A DNA stretch of 62,707 nucleotides, counting the filler, from Stramenopiles sp. TOSAG23-3 (Eukaryota), in the NCBI GenBank assembly GCA_900128585.1. It is 25 parts of 25 records of this genome, joined end to end, with 100 filler letters (N's around TTAATTAATTAA, not from the genome) between each part and the next. Parts side by side here need not be neighbours in the genome. Positions count along the whole stretch, not along the records: positions 10,101 to 12,521 come from LT644822.1; positions 12,622 to 15,041 come from LT644823.1; positions 15,142 to 17,559 come from LT644824.1; positions 17,660 to 20,075 come from LT644825.1; positions 20,176 to 22,590 come from LT644826.1; positions 22,691 to 25,105 come from LT644827.1; 19 more parts are not named here. One strand, 5' to 3'. Positions within the stretch are counted from its first letter, which is position 1; each line of letters starts with the position of its first letter. Shown here in pieces: positions 11,319 through 23,242 of the stretch. The position numbers and the translations under genes were made by a program. The notes beneath the pieces were generated by a model that ran no database searches, was not told where the DNA came from, and saw only the letters and a list, made by a program, of their open reading frames with translations.

Positions 11319-12210
11319 GGTTCGTTGGGGTTTCCTGTTTCGTCGCAGTTTCGTTGCAGCTTCGTTCTCTTTCCCTTCTTGAAACACCACCGATTGGTTT
11401 CGTTGCTGTCACTAAGACGGGAATGGGAGGGAAAGAAATACTTTTGTTCCCCTTTAAACAATCCCATGTTGTAGTAATCACACACATACGTAGTATTAGT
11501 CGGTGAGGTTCCAAGTAATTTAGAATTGGGTAAATACATGGTAACCGATCAATAAAAAAGACGACAAAAAAATAATATTTTAATTATAAATAAAAATAAG
11601 TGAATTCAAATCCAATTTCATATAACCATAGCATAGGAATAAATTATAACAGCTATGAGGATACCATTAATAATAACGTATAAATAATAATACGAGTAAT
11701 AAAAAGAACTGGAATAAGAATAAAGAGAAGTAGAACTCTCTTCTCTTTCTTTAAAAATGAAAAAAAGAGGCAGAAGAAGAATACTTCTCTCCTTGATGAA
11801 ACATTAAAATTAAAAAAAGGGGGGGGGATGGAGATAATAGGTATATTGTATGCTATTACCATTTAAATATTTAATATATATATAAATAGCATACAGACGA
11901 TCTATTAATTTTAAGTTATAATATACCGGTATATAGAAATAGAAGAGGAAGATAAAAACAACAATTACGGTATGGCTTACGTAAACCTATCTCACCTCCC
12001 TCCTTTTTAGATAAAATATTATAGTTATATATGATATGATTATTATGTAATAATATTAATGAGCAAGGGAAGAAAGGTAAAAGAGATGAGTTATGAACAA
12101 TTTACATTAGGATGATTGTTTTAATGATTTTGCAAGATATTTATCAAGAGTTTACAGGAAAAAGAATTGGGATTGGAAAGAAAACGACTTAATTTGTTTA
12201 TACAGAAACA

Positions 12211-12444
12211 ATGAATCGATTTATTCTGTTTACGTTATGTGTTGTATCGTTTGCCCCGGTGCTTGCATTGGGCGTGGGCCTGAGAAGGCTTGGACAACGT
12301 GGTGGTGAGGTGTGCGATGCGCAGGTGTGCAAAAAACGTACGAGGGATGCCACTGTGAAACGTCTGCCCAAGCGGAAACGGGTGAAGGTATGCCTGGGTA
12401 ATGACGACTGTTGCATGTACAAAAGTAAGCCGAGCCGAGGGTAG
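12211..12444 (+). CDS. Small secreted, cationic Cys-containing protein (or first exon of a longer gene)
   Basis: Signal peptide MNRFILFTLCVVSFAPVLA, LRRL, five further Cys, K/R-rich; GC rises relative to the AT-rich upstream DNA. Confidence 0.55.
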   Translation: MNRFILFTLCVVSFAPVLALGVGLRRLGQRGGEVCDAQVCKKRTRDATVKRLPKRKRVKVCLGNDDCCMYKSKPSRG

Positions 12445-12634
12445 TGAGCTCTACGGTAACGGCATCCGGACCCTCCCAACTGTCTTCATCTTACCAATTT
12501 CAACCAAACACGATTATATTTNNNNNNNNNNNNNNNNNNNNNNNNNNNNNNNNNNNNNNNNNNNNTTAATTAATTAANNNNNNNNNNNNNNNNNNNNNNN
12601 NNNNNNNNNNNNNNNNNNNNNCAATAATATCATC

Positions 12635-14830
12635 TCAATACAATGGTTCCATCCCACTGTCACAGAGCAAGATGCACTCGACGTCGTACAGGTTCCGGTA
12701 ATTGACGGACAAATGGGGGTTCTCCGGGTCCAGCTCTTTGGCCTTCTCAAAGTCCTCGGCGGCCCGGTCGTACTCCTTGACGCTCTTGTACGCGAACGCG
12801 CGGCGAAAGTGGGCGTGGGCGTTCCTCGGGTTCATGGCCAGCACGAAGCTAAAGTTCTCGATCGCCTCGTAGTACTCCCCGCACATTTGAAGGCTCTTCG
12901 CGAGCTCGTGCAGATCGTTCTCCTCCTCCTCCTGCTCCGTCCGCACGCCCTCCCAGGCCATCTTGCTCCGGTCCATGTCCTCCCCCTTGCCGAGGCCCAC
13001 GCTCAGGAGCCTCCCCCCCTCCAGCGCCAGTCTGAAGTATTTCACGGCCTCCTCGTGCCGGTCGCTGTTGGCGTAGCTGCAGCCCAGCGTCCGGTGGACC
13101 TCGACCTTGCTCCGGCGGGTCGGCTCGCACCGGAGCGCGTCGAGCAAGTCCTCGATCGCCTCGTCGAACATGTGCAGGGCCAGCCGCGCCTCCCCGCGCC
13201 GCTGGTACAGCCGGCCGTCCCGGGCGTTCAGCTCCAGGGCCTCCGTCATGTCCGCCTCGGCGCTCCCCGGGTCGTCGACGTCCAGGAAGCAGGTGCTTCT
13301 ATTGAGCAAAAATTCAATGTTCTCCGGGGCGTGCTGGATCGCGTCCGTCAGGTCGCTGATGGCCTCGTCCAGGTGCCCCAGGGCCCGCTTCGTCATCCCG
13401 CGGGCGTTGTACACCAGCGGGTTGGTGAACTTGAGCTTGGTCGCCTTCGCAAAGTCCACGATCGCGCCCTGCAGGTCCCCCAGGCGCAGCAGGCTCTCCC
13501 CCCGGTGGTAGTGGTTCTCCCCCTGCCCCGGGTCCAGCTCGAGCGCCGTCGTAAAGTCGGAGACGGCCGAGGGGTGCCGGTGCAAGTCCTGCCAGACGAG
13601 GCCGCGGCTCTCGTAGACCAGGCGGTCGTCCCCGCTCTTCTCCAGGACCTCGGAAAAAATTGCGATCGCCTCGTCGAGGCGCTGGAGGCTGTGGAGCATG
13701 AGGCCGCGGTGGTACAGGGAGGGGATGTGGTCCGGGTTTAACTCTATCGCTCTGTCGAAGTGCTCGAGCGCCTGCTGCTCCTCCCCCTTCGCCTGCTGGT
13801 GCGCGAGGCCGACGGCGTGGACGTACCGCGCGTCCCCCGGGGCGATCCGGGCGGCCTCGACGAAGTCGGACATGGCCCGGCCCGTCTCCTTCAGGGCGAG
13901 GCGCGCGTTCCCCCGGTTGAAGTAGAAGTTCGGGTCCGGGGACTTGGCGTTGTCCCGCGCGATCGCCTCGTTCAGGTCGCTGATCGCGTCCTTCATGTCC
14001 CCCCGGTGGTACAGCGCTAGCCCACGGTTGTTGTAAAAGGTCGGGTTGTCCTCGTCGATCCCCACCGCGTCCGAGAAGCACTTGATGGCCGTGTCGTACT
14101 CCTTCGCCTCGAAGTAGGACAGCCCGAGGTTGTTGTGGCCCGAGGGGTTCCGGGGCTCCAGGTCGATCGCCTTGTTCAGGTCGTCGATGCTCTCGTCCAT
14201 CCGGAGCAGCCTCCGGTAGCAGTTCCCCCGGTTGTAGTGCGCCCGGTACGTCTGCTTCCGGTCCTTGATGGCGGTGGTAAAGTCCTTCAGCGCGTCGTTG
14301 TAGCGCCCCGCGTCGTACAGGGCCATCCCGCGGTGGAAAAAGAAGGTCCCGTTCCCTGGCTCGAGGGCCAGGGCGGCCTCGAAGTCCCCGAGGGCGACCG
14401 TGGGCTTCCCGACCTTTCGGTAGCACTGGCCCCGGTTGCTGTAGTAGAGCGCGGTCCCGCTGTCCAGGCGGATGGCGCTGGAGTAGTCCAGAATGGCCTT
14501 TTTGTTCTCCCCCATCACGCGGTACGTGTTCCCCCGCGCAAAGTAGTACCGCGCGTTGCTCCCCTTCAGCGTGATGGCCATGGTGTAGGCCTCGAGCGCC
14601 TCGGCGTACTCGCCCTTGTTCTTCGCCTTCTTGCTCTTGCTCAGGCCTATCTTGAAGTACTCTGCGGCCTTCTGCCCCGACATCTTCTTCTCCGAGTTTG
14701 CGAGGGCCGCCGCCTTCTTCGTGACATTGTCCAGGTCCGGGTCCCCGTCCTCTACGTCCGAGACGACCTGCCCCTCCTCCTTGCTCTCTTTCCCCCCCCG
14801 CCGCCGGGACGACCGCCCCTTCGAAGCCAT
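12635..14830 (-). CDS. Multi-TPR protein (TTC6-like)
   Basis: About 17 TPR motifs (e.g. AHYNRGNCYRRLLRMDESIDDLNKAIDLEP); intronless and very GC-rich. Confidence 0.92.
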   Translation of the reverse strand: MASKGRSSRRRGGKESKEEGQVVSDVEDGDPDLDNVTKKAAALANSEKKMSGQKAAEYFKIGLSKSKKAKNKGEYAEALEAYTMAITLKGSNARYYFARGNTYRVMGENKKAILDYSSAIRLDSGTALYYSNRGQCYRKVGKPTVALGDFEAALALEPGNGTFFFHRGMALYDAGRYNDALKDFTTAIKDRKQTYRAHYNRGNCYRRLLRMDESIDDLNKAIDLEPRNPSGHNNLGLSYFEAKEYDTAIKCFSDAVGIDEDNPTFYNNRGLALYHRGDMKDAISDLNEAIARDNAKSPDPNFYFNRGNARLALKETGRAMSDFVEAARIAPGDARYVHAVGLAHQQAKGEEQQALEHFDRAIELNPDHIPSLYHRGLMLHSLQRLDEAIAIFSEVLEKSGDDRLVYESRGLVWQDLHRHPSAVSDFTTALELDPGQGENHYHRGESLLRLGDLQGAIVDFAKATKLKFTNPLVYNARGMTKRALGHLDEAISDLTDAIQHAPENIEFLLNRSTCFLDVDDPGSAEADMTEALELNARDGRLYQRRGEARLALHMFDEAIEDLLDALRCEPTRRSKVEVHRTLGCSYANSDRHEEAVKYFRLALEGGRLLSVGLGKGEDMDRSKMAWEGVRTEQEEEENDLHELAKSLQMCGEYYEAIENFSFVLAMNPRNAHAHFRRAFAYKSVKEYDRAAEDFEKAKELDPENPHLSVNYRNLYDVECILLCDSGMEPLY

Positions 14831-15141
14831 GTGATGCTGGGTCTGTACCAAACCCAACCCGTGCGTTTGTTTGGTTGGTTGGTTCGTTCGTTCGTCGGTG
14901 GATCGATCGCCTCCCCCCGTGCACCGTGTTCTTGTGTTTGCTTCTGTACGGTGAATTGTTTTACAGTAGCTTGTATTAAATAACTAGTTTAATAATTAGA
15001 CTGTCGATAATGAAGACATCGATAATAATAAATAATAGCTANNNNNNNNNNNNNNNNNNNNNNNNNNNNNNNNNNNNNNNNNNNNTTAATTAATTAANNN
15101 NNNNNNNNNNNNNNNNNNNNNNNNNNNNNNNNNNNNNNNNN

Positions 15142-15336
15142 TCTCGAACTTGCAGAGTCATAAAGTGACCGTTCTAGTTCCATCGCTATATTATCTTTCG
15201 TACCCTGGTCAAGGCTCGCAGTACGCTTCATTATACACAACGCCTCTAATATGCTCTGAAGCATTCTGTTTCTGAAGCTAATGTCTGCACCTTCCGAACG
15301 CCAAGCTGTTGGTTCATTATATTTCTGACAAAGCAT
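15142..15336 (-). CDS. N-terminus of a KIX-like (Med15/CBP KIX_2) domain protein, truncated
   Basis: WRSEGADISFRNRMLQSILEAL...AMELERSLYDSASSR matches the WRS...R..M...I....A..LE..LY.SA.S pattern. Confidence 0.6.
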
Positions 15337-16440
15337 TGGCGAATTTATTTTCCAACTGTTTTCTTTTTTTATTTATTTAGTTTGTGTAAAAATTTGCACG
15401 GACGAAGGGTGGGGGGGAGACGGGAGCAGACCTGCTGGCAGATCTGTTGGCTGATTTTCTTATTTTTTTGATTTTTATTTACAATTTTGTTCCTTTTCTT
15501 GTGTAAAATAGATATTATTCTTTCTCTTTTAATTGCGCAACTTTTACACTAATTTTTATCGTTTGATTCTTTTTATTTCTCTTAATCTTTATTTTTGTAT
15601 TCTTTGAAATTTGGTCACGCGCAAAAATAGGAATCGCATTCAATTTACAATTTCAATCGGGGGGATGATGTTGTTGTTGAAGAAAATAATAATAAATAAA
15701 TAAATAAAAAATAGGATGATTAAAAATAATGAAGCAACAAAGGACCCGGACTGAGGGAATTATATAATACATATAGAAATAGCATTGAAGAATGAAAAAG
15801 AAAATTCTTTTTCTTTTTGTATATATATTATACCCTATTCTTAACCATATATTTATTAATAAATTATAAATTAAAATGTCAACTCTCTTTTCTCTCCGGA
15901 GAAGGAGAAGTGAGAATTGTATTGTTGGAATTTCAAGAGGCTATTATTGTATATAATTATTATTAGGCCCTCAACAGAAGGAAAGAAATAATAGTCTAAA
16001 TAAAAATAACAAACAACAAAAAAAGATATTTTATTAAACTAGATGATGATGATTTAAATCCGTGGATGAGTCCTCGTACGGGTACGAGGGTAGAAGTAGG
16101 AAGAATGGCAAAAAAATAGAAAAAAGAAAAGAAGAAGAGATAGAGGAGGAGGACAACAATAGGACTAAAATATTAAAATTATAAGAAGAAGAGGACAAAA
16201 AATAGTAGAATTCGCCAAAAAAATTGAAGTTTCTTATTTTATTAGACGACGACTACGTATGTACTCTAACTACAGTACCACCTCTGTTCTAACAAAAACC
16301 AAGGAATGGAACAGAATATTATGTACCACTAATTCACAATATTCCTCAAATTCCCTGAAAAGCTCAAAAACGTCAAAACGGCAGCGTTATAATTTTACGC
16401 TTTGAAAACTTTTGGCTGTTGTTTATTGGATACTAGTAGA

Positions 16441-17559
16441 ATGAGGCGGCGGAAGGTGAGGCTTCGGAGACGTACACCAGCGAAGAAGCAAGCGACGTCC
16501 TCCCCAAATGATGGGACATTTGATGAAGCGCTGGCCGACGGTTGGGAGGGAAAGATTGACCGCCTATTAGAGAGCAACGCAGACGACTTATTTAAGCAAG
16601 AGATTGATGCTTTTCGTTTAACCTCAGAAGAAGCCAAAAGTAATCTTCAAAATCATAACCACTCAAACCTTCCCTTTCTCCAGTTAACCCTTAATTTGGT
16701 CCGGTCTGAGCTGGATCAGGAAAATGCACTGCAGGGTAGGAAAGCGCAGGTAATCAACGCTGTACAAGAAGCAGTTTTCAAGCGGAAAGAAAAGTTGACA
16801 TTACCACCATTCTGCGATATTCCCATTCATCCATTTCTTGAAACCGTAGAGAAAATGGAATTTTCCTCAGTTGACACTCTAGACATTTTGTTTGAGGCGT
16901 TTGAAACGCCATTGGAGAGAGCACTCGAGGACTATAGGAGGGCGCGAGAGAACATGAAAGGCTACGAAGAATTGTTGGAGGAGCGGCCAGTAAGTGAAGA
17001 GAACCTGGGCCTTGGTGAATTAAGAGACAAAGCCTTAAAAGCGATAGTTGACCTGCTTCTGGTAAAGGAGGCAGGGCTCACCGCATGGTCAGAAACAATT
17101 AAACGCAGCATAAAGGTCTCGTTGTCGGTAGAGCAAACGAACAGGAGTGGAAGTTTCTTGAACGATACTTCTGGTACGTCCCCCTTGGCAACATCGATCA
17201 GCAACCTAGTCGATTACAACATTTCGATCCGCAATGAGCTTGAAGCGTTGACAGCCGAAATGGTGACCCTTGGCCAAGCGTTGAAAGGCGACCTCCAGAA
17301 GAAGTTGGAAGGCATCCAACGTTTGCAAGACACCACAAGCAACAGATTATACTATTACCACGAAACTATCTACGGGAGGCGTGTGGAAGCAAGCAATGCG
17401 ATGGCAAATTTAAATTTACTGACAAAAACTTTGGCAGAATCAAAAGACCTATATAAAAAAGCAAAAAATGCTTTCCAGGAGTTTGATGATTCTGATTACG
17501 AGGAGGACGAATCTGATCTTGAATACGTCAATGCAAGAAATCAAATGAAGAAATGCGAG
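16441..17559 (+). CDS. Helical coiled-coil hypothetical protein, 3'-truncated
   Basis: Open frame of about 370 codons, L/E/K-rich, basic N-terminus. Confidence 0.75.
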
Positions 17560-18422
17560 NNNNNNNNNNNNNNNNNNNNNNNNNNNNNNNNNNNNNNNNN
17601 NNNTTAATTAATTAANNNNNNNNNNNNNNNNNNNNNNNNNNNNNNNNNNNNNNNNNNNNATAATAATAACAACAACACAGTATATGTTTTTAAAACACAC
17701 ACCACCTTTTTCCATAACTAAAATATTTCTAGTTTCGTGTTTCGTTTACTTTAAAATATTATATACAAGTAGTTACGATCTAACTAAAAATCTAAAATTA
17801 TAATAATACCTTGGTATATTAGCCCGACTATGAGGATAGTACAGGTTCTATTATTCCTTAATAAATATTAAGTTTTACCTTAATTATAAAAAATCTTCTA
17901 TTTCTTTTTCTTCATGGAAAATAGCTCAGCAGCAGAACTCAAGAGCTCAGAGCTCATCATCAAAAGCTCCCTCCTACCTAAATTACTTTCTTCTTTCTTC
18001 TTCTTCTTCTTGTTCTTCTTCTTTTTCTTCTTTCTTGTTTTTTATTGTTTTATTATTCTATACTGTACTGTGTATTTATTTTATTTAAAAAAAAAAAAAA
18101 ATGTTTTTTTTATCCATTATTGTTGTTGTACCGGTACTGGTAAATTATTATTATTTTTTAGTTGTTGTTGTGGGTGGTGGTGGTGGTTAGACGTCGCGTG
18201 TGGTGTGTGCGCGCGGTGTGTTGGCTTTGGCTATTATGCTTTTGAGATAGAATACATACAAGTTATACGCACAAACTCTACAGTTTCTGTTTTTTGTTCT
18301 AACTGACGTTTTCAAGGAAAGGATTCGAACGTTTTTTCTTTGTTGAAAATATTGTATACTACACACAGTTTTATTGGTGGATCAGAAGAGCTTCGTTTGG
18401 TACAGCAGCTTCGTGTTGAATT

Positions 18423-19694
18423 ATGGGGCAAGGGCAGTCGGGAAATACTGGTCGCCACGCGCCCAATAGTAGCAGCGACTCACAGGACAGACACTACGAA
18501 CTCCGTCCAGTAGAAGAGGATGGAATACAGGATATTTTGCAAGAATTTGCAATCAGTGCCGTGCTAGGGATAACCGTATATTGTGCGAGTACGTACTTAA
18601 TTCGTAAATTCCAGGACGACGGAGACAGCCAACCGGTAGACGCCGGAAAGGTGGCCAAGGCGCTTCGCCGTCGAAAGAGAAAAAACATAACCATGAACAA
18701 GTACGAAAAGCAGGTGGCGGTAGACTTTGTAGATCCCCTAGAGATGAATGTGGCGTTTGATGACATAGGCGGGCTAGAGAAACAGAAAGAAGAGATCTAC
18801 AAGCTTTTGATTCTACCCTTAAAGCGACCAGAGCTCTTTCGGTCTCGCAAGGCTGTCTTGAAGCCACCGGCCGGAGTTATGTTTTACGGGGAGCCGGGAT
18901 GTGGGAAGACGATGTTGGCGCAAGCAGTGGCCAAAGAGTGCGGTTTCTTTTTCTTAAACTTGCGCTTGAGCACCCTGCAGAACAAGTGGTACGGTGAATC
19001 TGTAAAAATGGCGCGGGCAGTGTTCTCGCTGGCACGAAAACTATCTCCCTGCGTCATCTTTATCGATGAAATGGACATATTTTTGAGAGAACGGGGGCGC
19101 AGTGGTGGCCACAGCGAGGCGAGCGCTCACGTCAAGGGCGAATTTCTTACGGAATGGGATGGTTTGTTGTCACAAGTTGGCGGGGACGGGAACGGGGTGG
19201 AAGTGATTGTGATGGGGGCCACCAACCGCCCCAGCGACGTCGACCCTGCCTTTTTGCGGCGCATGCCCGCTCGGTTTGAAGTGCGCTTGCCCAGCTTGGA
19301 CGATCGTGCAAGTATTTTACGAGCAATTTTGAAGGGGAGCCTAAGCGAGGAGGAGTTGAAGTCGCTCAATTTCAAAAACGTTGCCAGCCACACAGATGGC
19401 TTTTCTGGAAGTGATCTGAAAGAGCTGTGCCGCGTCGCCAACATGAGTGTAGTTATGGAAGCCGCGCAAGGGACTGGCGATGAGCTCCGGCCACTCCGAA
19501 CGAGCGACTTTGTAGAAGCCATCAAATCAGTGAAGAGCACAAATGCTGGCGCAGAAGAGTTTCGGGAATGGCAGTACCAGCACACCCCTGAACCGAACAA
19601 CCCCCGTATTAACACAAACGCAGCCACGCAGGAAATGCTTGCCCAGCTCCTTGCAATGATGATGGCGTCATCAAACAACAACGCCCACCGCTGA
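18423..19694 (+). CDS. ATAD1: Membrane-anchored AAA ATPase Msp1/ATAD1
   Basis: N-terminal TM, MNKYEKQVA..FVDP..MNVAFDDIGGL, GEPGCGKT, KWYGES, IFIDE, GATNRP.DVDPAFLRRMP. Confidence 0.9.
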   Translation: MGQGQSGNTGRHAPNSSSDSQDRHYELRPVEEDGIQDILQEFAISAVLGITVYCASTYLIRKFQDDGDSQPVDAGKVAKALRRRKRKNITMNKYEKQVAVDFVDPLEMNVAFDDIGGLEKQKEEIYKLLILPLKRPELFRSRKAVLKPPAGVMFYGEPGCGKTMLAQAVAKECGFFFLNLRLSTLQNKWYGESVKMARAVFSLARKLSPCVIFIDEMDIFLRERGRSGGHSEASAHVKGEFLTEWDGLLSQVGGDGNGVEVIVMGATNRPSDVDPAFLRRMPARFEVRLPSLDDRASILRAILKGSLSEEELKSLNFKNVASHTDGFSGSDLKELCRVANMSVVMEAAQGTGDELRPLRTSDFVEAIKSVKSTNAGAEEFREWQYQHTPEPNNPRINTNAATQEMLAQLLAMMMASSNNNAHR

Positions 19695-19867
19695 GTGACA
19701 AGGGCGTGGGGCCAAAATATTCTTAAGATGGTGTGCAACGGGTGTGGGCGTACGGGAGAAATGAACATTTGTTTTTTAAATAAGTTACGTATATGATTTC
19801 TTAAAGGATAAAGTTAATGATGAAAAAACAAAAAAAATTCTTTTAAAGTTTTTAAGAACTAATAAGA

Positions 19868-19919
19868 AAAAACACTAATTATATAGTATGTTTTAAGACT
19901 CTCAAGATTCTCTCAATTG
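19868..19919 (-). repeat. Copy of dispersed 3'-flank repeat
   Basis: The reverse complement contains aatcttgagagtcttaaaacatactatataattagt, 36 bp identical to about 58893-58928 on another contig. Confidence 0.85.
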
Positions 19920-20175
19920 TAAGGTCAATTCGTGATTATGACTAATAAAAATCATAAAAATCAAAATCGGTCGAGACAATCATTATCATTCCTATGATAT
20001 GTTACCATACGTTCCTGAACCCAATCATAATCCTCATAATCACGTATCTCCACCTCGGGCTGTGTTCCGTAATTTNNNNNNNNNNNNNNNNNNNNNNNNN
20101 NNNNNNNNNNNNNNNNNNNTTAATTAATTAANNNNNNNNNNNNNNNNNNNNNNNNNNNNNNNNNNNNNNNNNNNN

Positions 20176-22590
20176 CACAGATTAACCAACCCTTTGACTA
20201 GCGTTGAAATTGACGTTTTCACGGAGGCCTTTTTCATCACCAAAGTCAGCATTGCTACTAGTAATTTAAGAACAAACGGGGGTACCTTCAAAGTTTTTGC
20301 TAGCTGATCAACATTCTTGCCCCTGCAGCGGCCAAGTCTTATTTGTTGAATACCGTTAGCAGCGGACTCCGGCAACTTGCAGATTGCAGTAGACAAAGAG
20401 CTCCAATCTTTAGCAAAAGTCACATCTGCATCCGACACACTGTCGTTTCGCAAAAGTTCCAAAAATCCACTAACGCTTTTGACTCGTTTTCCTGTTTGCG
20501 ACGAGCTTGACGTTTTTTCGTGCGCCAATTCGTTGCAAATATCGACAATGCGCCCAATGTTTCCTCGACCAACGCTCACAACAGACTCAATTTGATGTGG
20601 ACTGACATCTTCAGTTTCATTATTTATCAGCAAGGAGTGGATTATTCCTTCCTTCAGAGAGAGACGCAGCGCCTGTTCATCTTGAGTCCGGGTGAGGTGA
20701 AACAATATCGCAATAGTTGCTTCTTCTACATGTATCCCTTCAATTTGCGAGATCTCCGTAATTGCTTGACGTAAGCTTTCTTTATCCTTTCTTGCACATG
20801 CTACTATGCTATACATTAAACCGTAGCTCATTCCGTAGAACTCGGCAGCCTCCATAACGGCCTTTTCTTGGCCCTTTGCTAGCCCTACTGCAAGGGATAA
20901 ATCTACCCCAGACTCTTCTAGTATTGACTTTAGCGATTTGTCACTTTCTACAAGTGCAACGGCCTTGATATGGGCCGGGTCTTGTGAATTTGAGTCTTCC
21001 AGGCTGTCTTCCTCCATTTTTTCTAGGAATTTAAACATTTGAATAACCCTGTCAGCAAACGTTTTTCGGACGATTTTTAGAACAGCAGAGTAAACTTTTG
21101 CAAAGATAAGGGTGGCAATTCCCGCTTTTGAGGCAAAAAAAACCATAAACGTAGCTGCAGCTGCTGCGTACGGGAGGTATATGTTTGGATTTATGAGACA
21201 GCCAAGTATCATCCACATCAGTGCTAGTCCGATGTACCATACAGGAATATTGGTGAAGAAAAATTTGTCGTTTGCCCGGAGACCTGGAGCGCGCAAATTG
21301 TAGACTACGAAGTGATGGCCTTCTGGATCTTCCTGGTACGAAGCAGCAGCTTCCTGAGCCCCAAAAGTAGCCAATTTGGAAAACGTTGGCCCGTTGCTCA
21401 TTTCGATCCCTTGTTGAACATAAAGGGCAGGACTGGTGTTGGTCCCGTTGGTGTTTGCGGGCTTTTCCATGAAATCACTGGCAAACCCAATTTGCTTCAC
21501 TTCTACTGAATCCTCGCCGAGGTTAATCGTGCTGACGCGCGGTCTTTCAACCGTTACGTACATGGAACCGTCCGTACTTTCCATTTTCAAGATGGGAGGA
21601 GTCTTTGCTGGGCAGTCGTCGACGTCCGTTTCTGCACACAAAATTGACTCGCCACTACAGGATATAGTATTTGGTGCCGCCGCCTCACCACTGATGGCAA
21701 GCGTCGAAGTGATATTTGAAGCATTCTGGTTCGGTATAATGCACTCTTCTGAAACGATGGTGACGTTTGCCGCAGCAAAGCAATACGATGCTTCTGGGTG
21801 TAAGTAATTCACCTGCACCGTCTCACTTGTTGTGACGAGGACATCCCCCCGTCGAGTTACGAGGGAACCAACACTAGCCTGGGCCTCCACTCTACTAGCA
21901 TTAAAATTTTCAAGGTGTATGCTGCCACGGGCGACGTTAACGTCGACCCCCCCTGCCCCAACGTTGACGCTGTTCAACGAGACGTCCGCATAATTTGCTG
22001 AAATTTTGAGAGCGGCATCGTCTTTAAAATACAGCTGAGTTGCTTCAGCGTGTTTGATGATGGTTTTTTCTGCGCTAATTGCAGATATTTTTAGAGACGA
22101 AATTGTCGATGCTTTCGAGTACTTTAATGTAACATGGCACCGTATCACGTCAATGGAATTGTCATCTTTTGAAAAGGTCGGCTGGCATCCCTTAAACCCT
22201 CCTTTCGCAACATGAAACTGTACTGTTCCTGCACTGAGGTTATCGTCGCTTTGTAATACCAAATTCGAGTCTGTCATCCCAATGGTCAGTTCGCTTTCTG
22301 TTGACAGTTCCATCTGTACGGCTTCCTGCTCGAACCAATCGATCAATACAAACGAAACTGGCAAGTAGATCGTTTGCGATATCAAAGCTGTGACAACGAA
22401 TATACGCACAATTCTTCTGCTTGCCAAGAACAGTAACATGAACGCGCACTTGATGCAGTCAAGAAAGTATTCTGCTGTCGACCTTGACCTCGGTGCAGTC
22501 CCGACGGTGGGCTTCTGGAGAGTTGTTTCCCCCTGTCCTTTAGACGCATGGTTCTCCGGGTCGGTCAAAGAGGAAGTTGCAGGATTGTCC
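20176..22590 (-). CDS. Fragment of a large membrane protein with a beta-rich (adhesin/DUF4097-like) ectodomain and helical tail
   Basis: Frame open across the whole contig; TM segments near both ends of a beta-strand-rich region (VDVNVARGSIHL...LVTRRGDVLV). Confidence 0.7.
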
Positions 22591-23242
22591 NNNNNNNNNN
22601 NNNNNNNNNNNNNNNNNNNNNNNNNNNNNNNNNNTTAATTAATTAANNNNNNNNNNNNNNNNNNNNNNNNNNNNNNNNNNNNNNNNNNNNTATCAATAAA
22701 CTGCGGTACGTAGCTTCTTCTTCTTCTTTCTTCTTCTTCTTCTGCTTCTTCTTCTTTCTCTCTTTTCTTCTTCTTTTTTCTTCTTCTTTTTTCTTCTTCT
22801 TCTTTCTTCTTTCTTCTTTCTTCTTTCTTCTTCTTCAGAAATATAATATTTAATAATACACGTACGGTACCTGGTACCTGTGCTGTATTACTGTATTATT
22901 ATTATTTTTTTTTTATTATTTTTTATTATTATTATTTTTACATTTAATTAAATTATATTATCGAATTATAGTGTAGTGTAGAGGTGGTACCAGGTACCTG
23001 TACCAGAGTTTGGTAGGTAATGAGAAAGAAGAAAATTACATTAAGAGTAAACAGGAGACAGAATAATTGATTAGAGGCATTCAAAACGTAAAGAATCTAC
23101 ACATTGAAGTGCGGAGAAAAAAAGACAGTTGGACTGTAGACAGGAAACTTGCATGTATCACCCTGTTTTTATTTTTGTTAGTTAGTCTGAAAGACGTATT
23201 ATTAAGCTCTGGTACTTACGCTTTGCTGCGGGGCTAGCCAGC

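Noticed and set aside
12713-14983. Long overlapping and antisense ORFs (342, 536 and 282 aa) over the TPR gene, and similar ones over kinesin, ABCC, OATP and CEP70-like genes
   Set aside because: Shadow frames caused by high GC3; low-complexity R/G/P or V/L composition and no motifs.
17914-18306. 130-aa ORF rich in F/C/W runs (also 4795-5004, 11653-11862, 29800-30021)
   Set aside because: Translations of microsatellite-like intergenic DNA.
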